Shown piece after piece: positions 9,644 through 18,130 of a stretch of DNA of 64,000 bases (position 1 is its first letter; each line of letters starts with the position of its first letter). This DNA comes from a virus: positions 9,513 to 73,512 of IMG/VR virus record IMGVR_UViG_3300049927_000163; one strand, 5' to 3'. The notes below the pieces were generated by a model. That model had not been told where the DNA came from and did no database searches. It was given only the letters and a program-made list of their open reading frames with translations. The position numbers and the translations under genes were made by a program.

Positions 9644-9820
9644 ATGGCTAAGACTGAAATACAAATACATGGTTCTATGTATAAGTTATTTGACTTATTG
9701 AATGGCAACGGCTGGAGCGTGGATCTTACCATTAGACAAGATGAATATGATGAATTCCTTGACTCTAGAGTTACAGATGATATGAATGAATCTAGTGATG
9801 AGGATTTAGCTGAAGATTAA
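9644..9820 (+). CDS. Small acidic protein (58 aa)
   Basis: Own translation MAKTEIQIHGSMYKLFDLLNGNGW...SDEDLAED. AAGGTG RBS upstream. Confidence 0.5.
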   Translation: MAKTEIQIHGSMYKLFDLLNGNGWSVDLTIRQDEYDEFLDSRVTDDMNESSDEDLAED

Positions 9821-10106
9821 ATAGAGTTCTCTGAAAAAGATGCTTTTTGTGGCCAATGTGATAAGAGATGCAAAATTGAAAAGTGCGAGTGTGATAATGA
9901 AAAAGAAAAGTAAAGATCAAAAGTCTGAAAAAGAGGACTTTATGACCAAGAAAGATCTAAAAGATTCTAAGCATCAAGGCATGCTGAATACTATGGATGA
10001 AGTCTGTGAAAAGCTAAATCAGGCTGGATATGGGCCTTTTGCTTGGGAAATTGTTATTAAACGAAATGTTAAATATGATATTTAAATAAAGGTACTGTAA
10101 ATAATT

Positions 10107-10853
10107 ATGAATGAAGATGTAAAAATACATTCAACAATTGAATATTCACAATTTAAACTCTCTCCTAAAAATAGGAAAGTATGTGAAAAACATGTTAAAG
10201 ATTTATCTGAAACAATAAGAAAAAGCAATCAATTAGATGTAAATCCAATAATCGTAAATTTTGATAATGAAATTGTCTCTGGACAACATAGGTGGTTGGT
10301 AGCACAAAAATTAAAAGTACCAATTTTTTATATTAGAAAAGATGTACCTGTAGAATATTTTTTGACAGCAAATCTAAATCAAAGACGATGTGAGCAAGTG
10401 GATGCAATCAAATTTTATTCAAATGTAATGAAATTTCCTGATTATATTAAATTAAATAATATTTTAACAACTTCAAAAGCTTCTCCTGGAGTTATTTGTA
10501 GTTTACTTGGAATTACATCATCATGTGGATATAGCGATATGATTAAAAGTGGAAAATTTAAATTTAAATATGATGAAGAAAGATGTAATTTTATGTTATC
10601 AAAATATATAGAAACTAGAAATTTACTCGATACACTTCCATTTATGGTAAGAAGTGCTTATCGGGGTATAAATTTTTGTAGAGGATTTAATCTTTTATTT
10701 GAAGAAAAAATTGATTGGAAGATTTTTGAAACTAGACTTCGTATAAATTACAAAATGTTAGATATAGTTTTACATACCGGACCTCTTTGGCTTAAAAGAT
10801 TTAAAGAAATGTATAATAAAAGAGCTATTGTAAATAGATTGATAGAGGAGTAG
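10107..10853 (+). CDS. ParB/Srx N-terminal domain protein
   Basis: NR.V...HV..L...I.......NPIIVN....IVSGQHR motif. Notably AT-rich. Confidence 0.7.
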   Translation: MNEDVKIHSTIEYSQFKLSPKNRKVCEKHVKDLSETIRKSNQLDVNPIIVNFDNEIVSGQHRWLVAQKLKVPIFYIRKDVPVEYFLTANLNQRRCEQVDAIKFYSNVMKFPDYIKLNNILTTSKASPGVICSLLGITSSCGYSDMIKSGKFKFKYDEERCNFMLSKYIETRNLLDTLPFMVRSAYRGINFCRGFNLLFEEKIDWKIFETRLRINYKMLDIVLHTGPLWLKRFKEMYNKRAIVNRLIEE

Positions 10854-11167
10854 ACGAATGATTTTATTAGATCATTGCACAAGTTGTTATCCTACACTGA
10901 ATCAAGTTCCATGGTGGTGTGGCTTTGCAATATTCTTTATCACACTCTTTACACTGATAGGTCTATTTACTGTTTTATTTTATATAAGCAAGAAAATATG
11001 TGGAAAATAATGCATGCATTTAGAAAAAAACAATTCATCGGTACAGGTATCACACATCGCCTATGCACATGGCCACCTGATGATTTCAATGGCACTTTGA
11101 GGAAGATAAAGGAAGCCAATCAATACATGAAGACTTTGGATAAGAAAACTTTGGATGAACTGAAACT

Positions 11168-11485
11168 ATGAAATGCCATAACTGCTCTAAAGACTTAGAC
11201 TTTATTCCTGCAAGCGAGGCTGATATATTCTGTTCGGGCATTTGCAGGCGCAAGGCTCAAATAAATGGATGGCGGATTGGTGAATATAGAGCTCCTAAAG
11301 TAAACCCTGAAATTACGGCTTCTATGAAGAAATGGGATGAAGTGTATCAGAGGTATATCAACGGAACAGCTACTAGACATGAAATGATACTTGCTATGCA
11401 ATGGTGTTTGAAGGTCGATAGATATGAAGAAGAGCGTAAGACATTTGCCTATATGAAAAAACGTGAAGGATTTTTTGAGGAATAA
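11168..11485 (+). CDS. Zn-finger hypothetical protein
   Basis: CHNC...FCSGICRR motifs. Confidence 0.5.
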   Translation: MKCHNCSKDLDFIPASEADIFCSGICRRKAQINGWRIGEYRAPKVNPEITASMKKWDEVYQRYINGTATRHEMILAMQWCLKVDRYEEERKTFAYMKKREGFFEE

Positions 11486-11664
11486 CATGTTAATAACCAT
11501 ATGTTTTGTAATAGTTATATTAATAAATATATATTATATTATAAGCATTAAATATAATTTCTTTAGGGTATATAAGGATATTCGTGATTTTGCAGAAGTT
11601 AACGTGAAAATGGTTGCTTGTATGGTTGAACTACATGAAAGAATTCAAAAACTAGAGGATAAAA

Positions 11665-12336
11665 ATGGAATATCCAAAGATAAATAGCCTATATAAAAGA
11701 GAAGATGTCACACTAGATCCTGTAACTGGAAAGAATTTATTTAGCAAATCAAAGAAGCATAAGTTAGTCATTGGTGACTATGCCCTTGAGGAATTTGGTC
11801 TTATTAACTCGTGGCAGGTTTTTGAGAAAATCGATGGGACCAATATCCGCATTACTTTTAAAAAAGAAGGAATTCTTGAAGATGTTAGGTTTGATGGACG
11901 CACCAATAATGCACAAATACCTACCCATTTGATTAAATACCTACAAGACAAGTTCACTATTGAGAAGTTGTCAAAATATTTTGAGGAAGATGGCACATAT
12001 ATTCTATTTGGCGAGGGATTTGGCCCAAAAATACAAGATGGTGGCAATTATCGTTTTGATGTCTCATTCATCCTTTTTGATGTGTTTATTTCTCCCTGGT
12101 GGCTAAATTATGAAAGTCGTCTTCAAATAGCAGATTATCTAAGCATTGAACATGTACCTTTTCTTGGAGAAATGAATGAAAGTGAGATATTGCATTACAT
12201 CAGATCGAAGCCAAAAAGCACTATTTCAGTCAATAAAGATTATGTCATGGAAGGGGTAGTTTGTAGATCAGAACCTTTGCTTTGTCTGAGGAATGGGGAT
12301 CCATTGAAGTTTAAACTTAAATGTGTGGATTTATGA
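11665..12336 (+). CDS. ATP-dependent RNA ligase (Rnl2-like adenylation domain)
   Basis: Nucleotidyltransferase motifs: EKIDGTN (I), LFGEGFG (III), FILFDV (IIIa), MEGVV (IV), KFKLK (V). No OB domain. Confidence 0.8.
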   Translation: MEYPKINSLYKREDVTLDPVTGKNLFSKSKKHKLVIGDYALEEFGLINSWQVFEKIDGTNIRITFKKEGILEDVRFDGRTNNAQIPTHLIKYLQDKFTIEKLSKYFEEDGTYILFGEGFGPKIQDGGNYRFDVSFILFDVFISPWWLNYESRLQIADYLSIEHVPFLGEMNESEILHYIRSKPKSTISVNKDYVMEGVVCRSEPLLCLRNGDPLKFKLKCVDL

Positions 12337-12512
12337 AACGTATTTTTACAGTTCGAAGGTACCAAATTGGGTTTTTTGGATCTTTAATAGTACATGATGT
12401 TAAGCTTAAATTATCTAAGAGACTTTATAAAAAAGTAATTCGTAATGTTGGACGAGTAAAAATAAGATGTAATAAGAATTATTCTTACCCAAGATGTATT
12501 CTGGCCACATAG
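12333..12512 (+). CDS. Small basic protein upstream of tRNA
   Basis: MKRIFTVRRYQIGFFG...; near-identical copy at 55096..55275 on the minus strand. Confidence 0.5.
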   Translation: MKRIFTVRRYQIGFFGSLIVHDVKLKLSKRLYKKVIRNVGRVKIRCNKNYSYPRCILAT

Positions 12513-12575
12513 CTCATGCGGTAGAGCACTCGTCTGTTAAATGAGCGGTCGTTGGTTCGAATCCAACTGTGGCCT
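12503..12575 (+). tRNA. tRNA with GTT anticodon (Asn by anticodon), no encoded CCA
   Basis: Acceptor GGCCACA/TGTGGCC, D-stem GCTC/GAGC, anticodon arm CTCGT-CTGTTAA-ATGAG, T-arm GTTGG-TTCGAAT-CCAAC. Confidence 0.9.
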
Positions 12576-12642
12576 AAACTTTTGACACAGGTAGACAAAA
12601 TTTTTGGATAGATTTTGTGACAGATATTCAGAAGGTAAAGTA

Positions 12643-12867
12643 ATGAAATGGATTAATGTAAAAGAGCGACTTCCTAACAAAGAAGAATGCCTATGTTGGG
12701 TGATGAATACCAATCGTGGGGGTTATGGTTTTCTTGCATTTTACTATCATGATGGACAGTATTTCCAATTACAAGGTGGAAGTAGTGAAAAGAGTCCTGC
12801 GCTTCTAGTTACTCATTGGTATCCTTTACCATTGCCAATATGGGGATTTAAAGATGAAATGGATTGA
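12643..12867 (+). CDS. DUF551-like protein 1
   Basis: MKWINVKERLP...VTHWYPLP signature. Near-identical to 56039..56263. Confidence 0.75.
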   Translation: MKWINVKERLPNKEECLCWVMNTNRGGYGFLAFYYHDGQYFQLQGGSSEKSPALLVTHWYPLPLPIWGFKDEMD

Positions 12868-13120
12868 TAGATTAGAACAATTACCAGAACTGAATCAAAA
12901 ATGCTTATTTTATGATCCAACTCTTGGTGATATAGGTAGTGGCATTTATGTATCTTCTACCTGTGTTGATGAAATTCCTAGAACATGTGGATGTACTGGT
13001 ATTGATTTCTACGAATGGACATATTGGATGCCTTTGCCAGAGTCTCCTTTAGAAGAATATGAAACAAAATGGGGTAGGAAATATCGTGAAGTAAAGGATA
13101 ATTCTAATGAAATGGATTAA
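12854..13120 (+). CDS. DUF551-like protein 2
   Basis: MKWID..EQLP...TYWMPLPE signature. Confidence 0.75.
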   Translation: MKWIDRLEQLPELNQKCLFYDPTLGDIGSGIYVSSTCVDEIPRTCGCTGIDFYEWTYWMPLPESPLEEYETKWGRKYREVKDNSNEMD

Positions 13121-13340
13121 TGTTAAAGATAAGTTGCCTACAACAGGTCCTTGTGGAAGCGAAGAAGTTTTAGTTTATCGATCTAGTGTATTAGATAAAT
13201 TTCATGTATGTATATATTTCGGTAAAGATCCTTGGTTTAAATGTGGTCATCATTGGAATCTAAAACATGGCCACAATAAAGCTGCTGAAGATGTTACTCA
13301 CTGGATGCCTTTACCGGAGCCTCCTAATGAAATGGATTAA
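13107..13340 (+). CDS. DUF551-like protein 3
   Basis: MKWINVKDKLP...VTHWMPLPEPP signature. Confidence 0.8.
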   Translation: MKWINVKDKLPTTGPCGSEEVLVYRSSVLDKFHVCIYFGKDPWFKCGHHWNLKHGHNKAAEDVTHWMPLPEPPNEMD

Positions 13341-13566
13341 ATATAATGAACGGAAACCCGAGAAATCCGGAAGATATCTAATTATTTTTAAGTGTGAATC
13401 AGGTTTTCACAACTGTTTAGCAGTTAATTATGCTCACCCATGCTGTGATATAAATATTGCATATTTTTCCTTACCAGATTATTGGGAATTTGCTACATTC
13501 AGGCCTATAGCTATAGAATATACTATAATCCATTGGATGCCATTACCTGAGGTGCCAAATGAGTAA
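13327..13566 (+). CDS. DUF551-like protein 4
   Basis: MKWIKYNERKP...IIHWMPLPEVP; start placed at the ATGAAATGGATT junction. Confidence 0.75.
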   Translation: MKWIKYNERKPEKSGRYLIIFKCESGFHNCLAVNYAHPCCDINIAYFSLPDYWEFATFRPIAIEYTIIHWMPLPEVPNE

Positions 13567-13643
13567 CAGAGGCAAGAAATCAAGTAAACGAACCAATCCC
13601 AAGATAAAAAGTGCCGCTCGGGCATTGTATCATCAGTATCTAT

Positions 13644-13741
13644 GGCACATACGACGAATGGCGAGTCAGCGGAAGACAATACGTGAGGTTAACGTGGGTA
13701 CTGCCCTATACCTGGACTAGGTTCGAATCCTAGATGTGCCA
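13644..13741 (+). ncRNA. tRNA-like element with non-canonical centre
   Basis: Acceptor GGCACAT/ATGTGCC-A, D-like arm GAC-GAATGGCGA-GTC, perfect T-arm CTAGG-TTCGAAT-CCTAG. The middle ~49 nt lacks a canonical anticodon arm. Confidence 0.65.
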
Positions 13742-13832
13742 ATTATACCATCTACTAAGGTTCCTATGGAATTTAGAGTAATATTTAATATATTCGCATT
13801 CTTTTGTGTTTCATTCTCTATAGGAATGCTAT

Positions 13833-15947
13833 TTACACTCCTGTTTCTGAAGTCATAGGCTGTTGCTCTGCCATCTGCATCTCATGCTGGCCTCGATCAA
13901 TGTCATGGTTCATTCTGTGTTGGTCAAGTTCAGTTTTAGCCAAACTATTAAGCATATTTAGCTTTTCCATGAGTTGGGAATGATCAATACCTTGGAGCTC
14001 TTTTACAGCTTTTACAATATTCAAGAGTTCAGCGGTCTTCTCTTCTTCTGCGCGGGATATTCTCTCTGCATTTAATGCTTGGTCAAGGTGAATTTTGTTA
14101 AGCCTTTCAGCTGCAAGGGCTTGGTCACTTTGCGCCTTTGCCTCTATGCCATCTGTTGCAACACGGAGCTGCTCCATCTCAAGAGCTTCTTGCTTCTGTT
14201 GGAACTGTTGCTGTTGCTCGGCTTGAGCATCAAGGATTTCATTGAGCTCAACTTTTCCGTGGAGGTTTGAATTCTTGACAAGTAGACTATCTGGGATGTT
14301 GACACCAAGTTGTTTGAGGGCGAGAAGCTGCATAAATTGAGATTGCCTCTGTGTATCTGTCAAGATACCTTCCTCAACGACGATATCATAGTTATAGAAG
14401 TTCTGAGAGAAGAATTCAGGTGGACATTGTTTCTTTGTGATCTTCTGGATTTTTTCAGAGGACCAGTTCGCTTGAATCATTTTAAGGACTTTCTGGCCTA
14501 TGAGTTGCTGGGTCTCTGCTAAGCCATCAAAGAGACGTCGTAATGACACCAGACCGGCGTTAACACGCATTTTAGCTAGTATTGCTGCGGTCTCTAGATT
14601 TGGATTCTCTGGCATACCAAGCATTTCAGGGTTTATGCCTAGAATATTCGGAATATCTTTTTCGAAAGCATCCATAAGAGCAAAGTGGCCAGGAGGGATA
14701 TCGGCGGGAGCAAGTTTCTCAACATCTGTCATCTGTGCGGTGGGTTTCATAAATATTACTGGACCTTGTCCAGATTTGAATAGGGAAGCGGAGTTTTCTA
14801 CGGAACCTGATTTAGCTTTCCAGCCAGGGTAGGCTTGAGAGTCGAGAATATCCACCATCTTAGAACGTCTTTTATTGAGCTCTAGTTGGGGGTCACGGAT
14901 TAAACGTATGAGACTCTGCATTTTCCATTGGAATAGGTCATAGGAAGGCTCATAGATAGCAAATATTGGCGTTTGAGCGTAGTCATTGATGCCATAGGGG
15001 TCTACACCATAATAAAGTAGCTGATTTTCAACGATAATACCAAGGTTGACTTGTTGTACCGGCTTCTTGATTAGCTGCATGTTGGGCATCATAGCCTGGA
15101 TGTAGGACAATCTCTCACGAGTGCCTTTCCATTCAGAGGTTTCTCCTGTAGCCATATCGACGAGCACGTCTTTTGTCACCCAAGATTTGGTCCAGTATTC
15201 CGTGTATGACATTAATTTATTGAAAGCTCCCTGGCGAACGTATGGCATATAGGTGAATTTATTATCACGAGTTCCGTAACTTAATCTTTTAATTACATCT
15301 TCTTGCTCGGGAAGAAGTGAGATGACATCAGTTCTAGAGATATACTTGCGTCTAGCAAAGAAATTACAATCTGATAAGTCTTTCTTGTAAAAGAATGGGT
15401 CCCAAATGGTGTCGTTCCAGTGGTCCAGGTTGAAAGCTACTTCGCCATTTACTGGATCGTTACGGTAGTCCATATAGGGAGATATCCAGGATACTCCTGT
15501 CACCATCGCATCCTTGAAGCCAGTGGATAGTGTCTCATAGAAGTTTCCACGATTGTTGGCGTACTGGATGCAGTCTGTGGCAATATCAGCTATAGCATTC
15601 TGGTCATCTTGGACGGGGGATATGATTGTAGCGAGTCTATTTTGCCTTTGGATACCCTCGATAAGGTTTATCATCCTCATACACATATTGTACGTGAGGG
15701 CTAGGCGTTGTTGATCTGCTAGATATTTTACTTGATTCAGGTCCCACTGATTGCCTAGATAGAATGATTGATCACGGTAGGCTTCGGCATAGTATGGATT
15801 AATCATTTGATAGGCACGGTCATAGCGTTCCCCGAACATATTGACAATGTCGTAGCCTTCATCAAGACGGGGTTGTACTGTTTTTCGCTTGTAATCTGAG
15901 AGGAAGTCTTCGGCATTGCTAACTAGGGACGCTTCGGGGAGGCTCAT
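13833..15947 (-). CDS. Portal protein (P22-like)
   Basis: 704 aa; RD..FYLGNQW, C-terminal Gln-rich coiled coil. Homolog of 46393..48417. Confidence 0.85.
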   Translation of the reverse strand: MSLPEASLVSNAEDFLSDYKRKTVQPRLDEGYDIVNMFGERYDRAYQMINPYYAEAYRDQSFYLGNQWDLNQVKYLADQQRLALTYNMCMRMINLIEGIQRQNRLATIISPVQDDQNAIADIATDCIQYANNRGNFYETLSTGFKDAMVTGVSWISPYMDYRNDPVNGEVAFNLDHWNDTIWDPFFYKKDLSDCNFFARRKYISRTDVISLLPEQEDVIKRLSYGTRDNKFTYMPYVRQGAFNKLMSYTEYWTKSWVTKDVLVDMATGETSEWKGTRERLSYIQAMMPNMQLIKKPVQQVNLGIIVENQLLYYGVDPYGINDYAQTPIFAIYEPSYDLFQWKMQSLIRLIRDPQLELNKRRSKMVDILDSQAYPGWKAKSGSVENSASLFKSGQGPVIFMKPTAQMTDVEKLAPADIPPGHFALMDAFEKDIPNILGINPEMLGMPENPNLETAAILAKMRVNAGLVSLRRLFDGLAETQQLIGQKVLKMIQANWSSEKIQKITKKQCPPEFFSQNFYNYDIVVEEGILTDTQRQSQFMQLLALKQLGVNIPDSLLVKNSNLHGKVELNEILDAQAEQQQQFQQKQEALEMEQLRVATDGIEAKAQSDQALAAERLNKIHLDQALNAERISRAEEEKTAELLNIVKAVKELQGIDHSQLMEKLNMLNSLAKTELDQHRMNHDIDRGQHEMQMAEQQPMTSETGV

Positions 15948-16589
15948 GAGGTACCTTTTAGTAAGAGATACCTCATTGTATGTGTAGGTCTATTATACGT
16001 AAAGTTTTAGGTTAATTACCTTTACAAACTGGACAATTATCAAGGATTTCTTGAACTTCTAGGATTGCTTTATGGTTTGACATAAGATCAGATTTTAGTT
16101 CTGCTAAATATTTACCAAGTCCATAGCAACCTAAGTATTCAACAAGACCATTTAAAGTATATCTTCTATATAATTTATTACACTTAGGCTCTTTGTGTTC
16201 TTCCATGAGTCTTTTTGCCTTATCTCTACGCCAATGATCATAGCGCTCGAGTCTTTGATAGTGAGCTTTTGTAGGACAATCTGTCATTTCTTTTTCTTTT
16301 CCATAGATTCAGCCTTTTCACACGCTTTATCACGGATTTTATCTTGCCTCAAGAGTTTATCCATTTTTTTGTCTATTTCTTGCTTGGTTTTCTTGATGAT
16401 TTTATCCATTTTACTGTCCTTTAGGTGTAAAGTATTTACTTATAGGAATAGATTCCTCAATGATATATTCTTGAGGATGACGATCATCTATAGTATCGTC
16501 TAGATTTGCCAGCCAGAAGAGGAAGGCAATAAATATAATTGTACCAACTATTGGTCCTAAAATATAAAGCATTTCTCTGTTGGATTCTT

Positions 16590-16811
16590 TCATAAGACAC
16601 TCGAGGGTATTGTGAGACTAGGGTCTACTTTTGGGTCATTGGTTTGCTCTTCGTCAACAATATCTTGAGCTTTGCCTTGAGAGCCTACCATATTGAGTGA
16701 CATGGTACAGCCTGAACAATAAGTCAAAATTATAACCATGACTAGGATTAAAGCTAAGCCGTCACGGATATCCTTAAATAATTCTTTATTCATCGCAACC
16801 TCTTGGTTCAA
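16590..16811 (-). CDS. Small lipoprotein
   Basis: Hydrophobic leader ending CSGC, then TMSLN..G.A.DIVDEEQ.NDP. Homolog of the ORF at 52663..52827. Confidence 0.6.
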   Translation of the reverse strand: MNQEVAMNKELFKDIRDGLALILVMVIILTYCSGCTMSLNMVGSQGKAQDIVDEEQTNDPKVDPSLTIPSSVL

Positions 16812-16986
16812 GATATGACTGGTCTATTGGTCCGTCAAATCTTAAGACTGGACCTGGTCGGGATTTATGACAAGGGCAAGAGCAGGAAGTTATACCTAAA
16901 AGGAGGTATAACCCTAGATAAGTTGCTATAAGTTTATACATTTTCTTCCTTTGTGGATTGTGTGGAATCAGCATCGTAGGATTCAT
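16786..16986 (-). CDS. Small putative lipoprotein
   Basis: Hydrophobic stretch ending LGITSC followed by SCPC. Confidence 0.4.
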   Translation of the reverse strand: MNPTMLIPHNPQRKKMYKLIATYLGLYLLLGITSCSCPCHKSRPGPVLRFDGPIDQSYLEPRGCDE

Positions 16987-17224
16987 GCATGGCTCTACGA
17001 GAATTGTTAGGTGTTTCTACATTTACTGTGACCTTAAGATTATACACCTCATTGGCGTCTCTAGGAGGATTCTCCAGTTCTTTTGCAAAGAGATATAGGC
17101 TAGCATTAGATCTGTTAAAAGCAGGCTTCTTAGACACCTTACGGCCCCAACAACAGTTGCATGAGTCTTCTATGTCTATATTTGTGTTAGGGTTTGCTGT
17201 AATTGGTGGGATTGGTGCGGACAT
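16934..17224 (-). CDS. Hypothetical protein with Pro-rich N-terminus and CNCC motif
   Basis: MSAPIPPITANP...SCNCCWG; GGAGG RBS upstream. Confidence 0.55.
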   Translation of the reverse strand: MSAPIPPITANPNTNIDIEDSCNCCWGRKVSKKPAFNRSNASLYLFAKELENPPRDANEVYNLKVTVNVETPNNSRRAMHESYDADSTQSTKEENV

Positions 17225-18130
17225 GATTTGCCTCCAAGAGCTGTTCTAGTTCTTTGGTTAGAGCGGATGTATCAGACAGAACGGAGGGATAGATTCCTCT
17301 CACAGTTATGCCAGTAGGTTTATGTTTGATTTCTTTGATGTATCTGCCTTGAGATTCTCTAAAAGTAACTATCTGTAGGTCGTCTGCTCTCATTTATACC
17401 TCGACATTAGGAGTAAATATAATCCAGCACCAATTCCTATTGATAGAATTAGGATTGTTGAAATTAGTACTATGTATCCGGATATGTCCATTATTTCAAA
17501 TCCTCGAAAAAGCTTAGGAAGACCTTAGAGAGAACTATTGCTAGGAATGTCTCGAGGACATGGATTAAACTCATACTGTCAACACGTTGTTATCAGGCCT
17601 ATGGTCATTCTTGCCGAGATCATGATGTTTGTCATGATGTTTGGTTATAATCATGTAATTGGGTTTATAGATTAAGAATATATATGTAAATATAAAAAAT
17701 AATTCCAGAGAGATTAAGAATATACATGAAAATAAAAGAAATAATTTCATAAGTCCTTCATACGCTTATGAATTGCTAGGTCATGTTCTAAAAGCTTGCG
17801 CTCTATCTTCTCAAGGCGTTTGTCAATGAAGTAAGCCAGGGTCGTGAAGCCAATGGCATTGAGGAGTAGCATGAATGTTAACATTTATTCACCTTTAAAA
17901 TATTCTTGTACTATGTCCTCGTGGCCTTCAATCAAACCTAAACATTGATGCGCTATAGCATCAAGGATTTCATCTGAATTCTTATCAAGCTTCCTACCCT
18001 GCTGGATGATAGAAAGCATCTGGCCACTAACAATTGCTAGAGACTGAAGCAGTTCTTGGGCGTTGAATCTAGTCATAGAAAACCAAATAGTGTTTTTCCT
18101 AGAGTATAAGAATGATGAGATATTTTGTAT

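Noticed and set aside
10107-10853. Plasmid partition (parABS) system
   Set aside because: Only an N-terminal ParB/Srx domain is present. No ParA ATPase or parS repeats were seen.
12503-12575. Duplicate tRNAs as attL/attR of a prophage
   Set aside because: The copies are inverted, full length and embedded in a 291-bp shared block. No integrase and no host flanks.
12643-13566. Regularly spaced ATGAAATGGATT repeats as a CRISPR array or integron cassettes
   Set aside because: The repeats are 12-14 bp coding junctions separated by 210-260 bp ORFs. There are no cas genes, integrase or attC-like palindromes.
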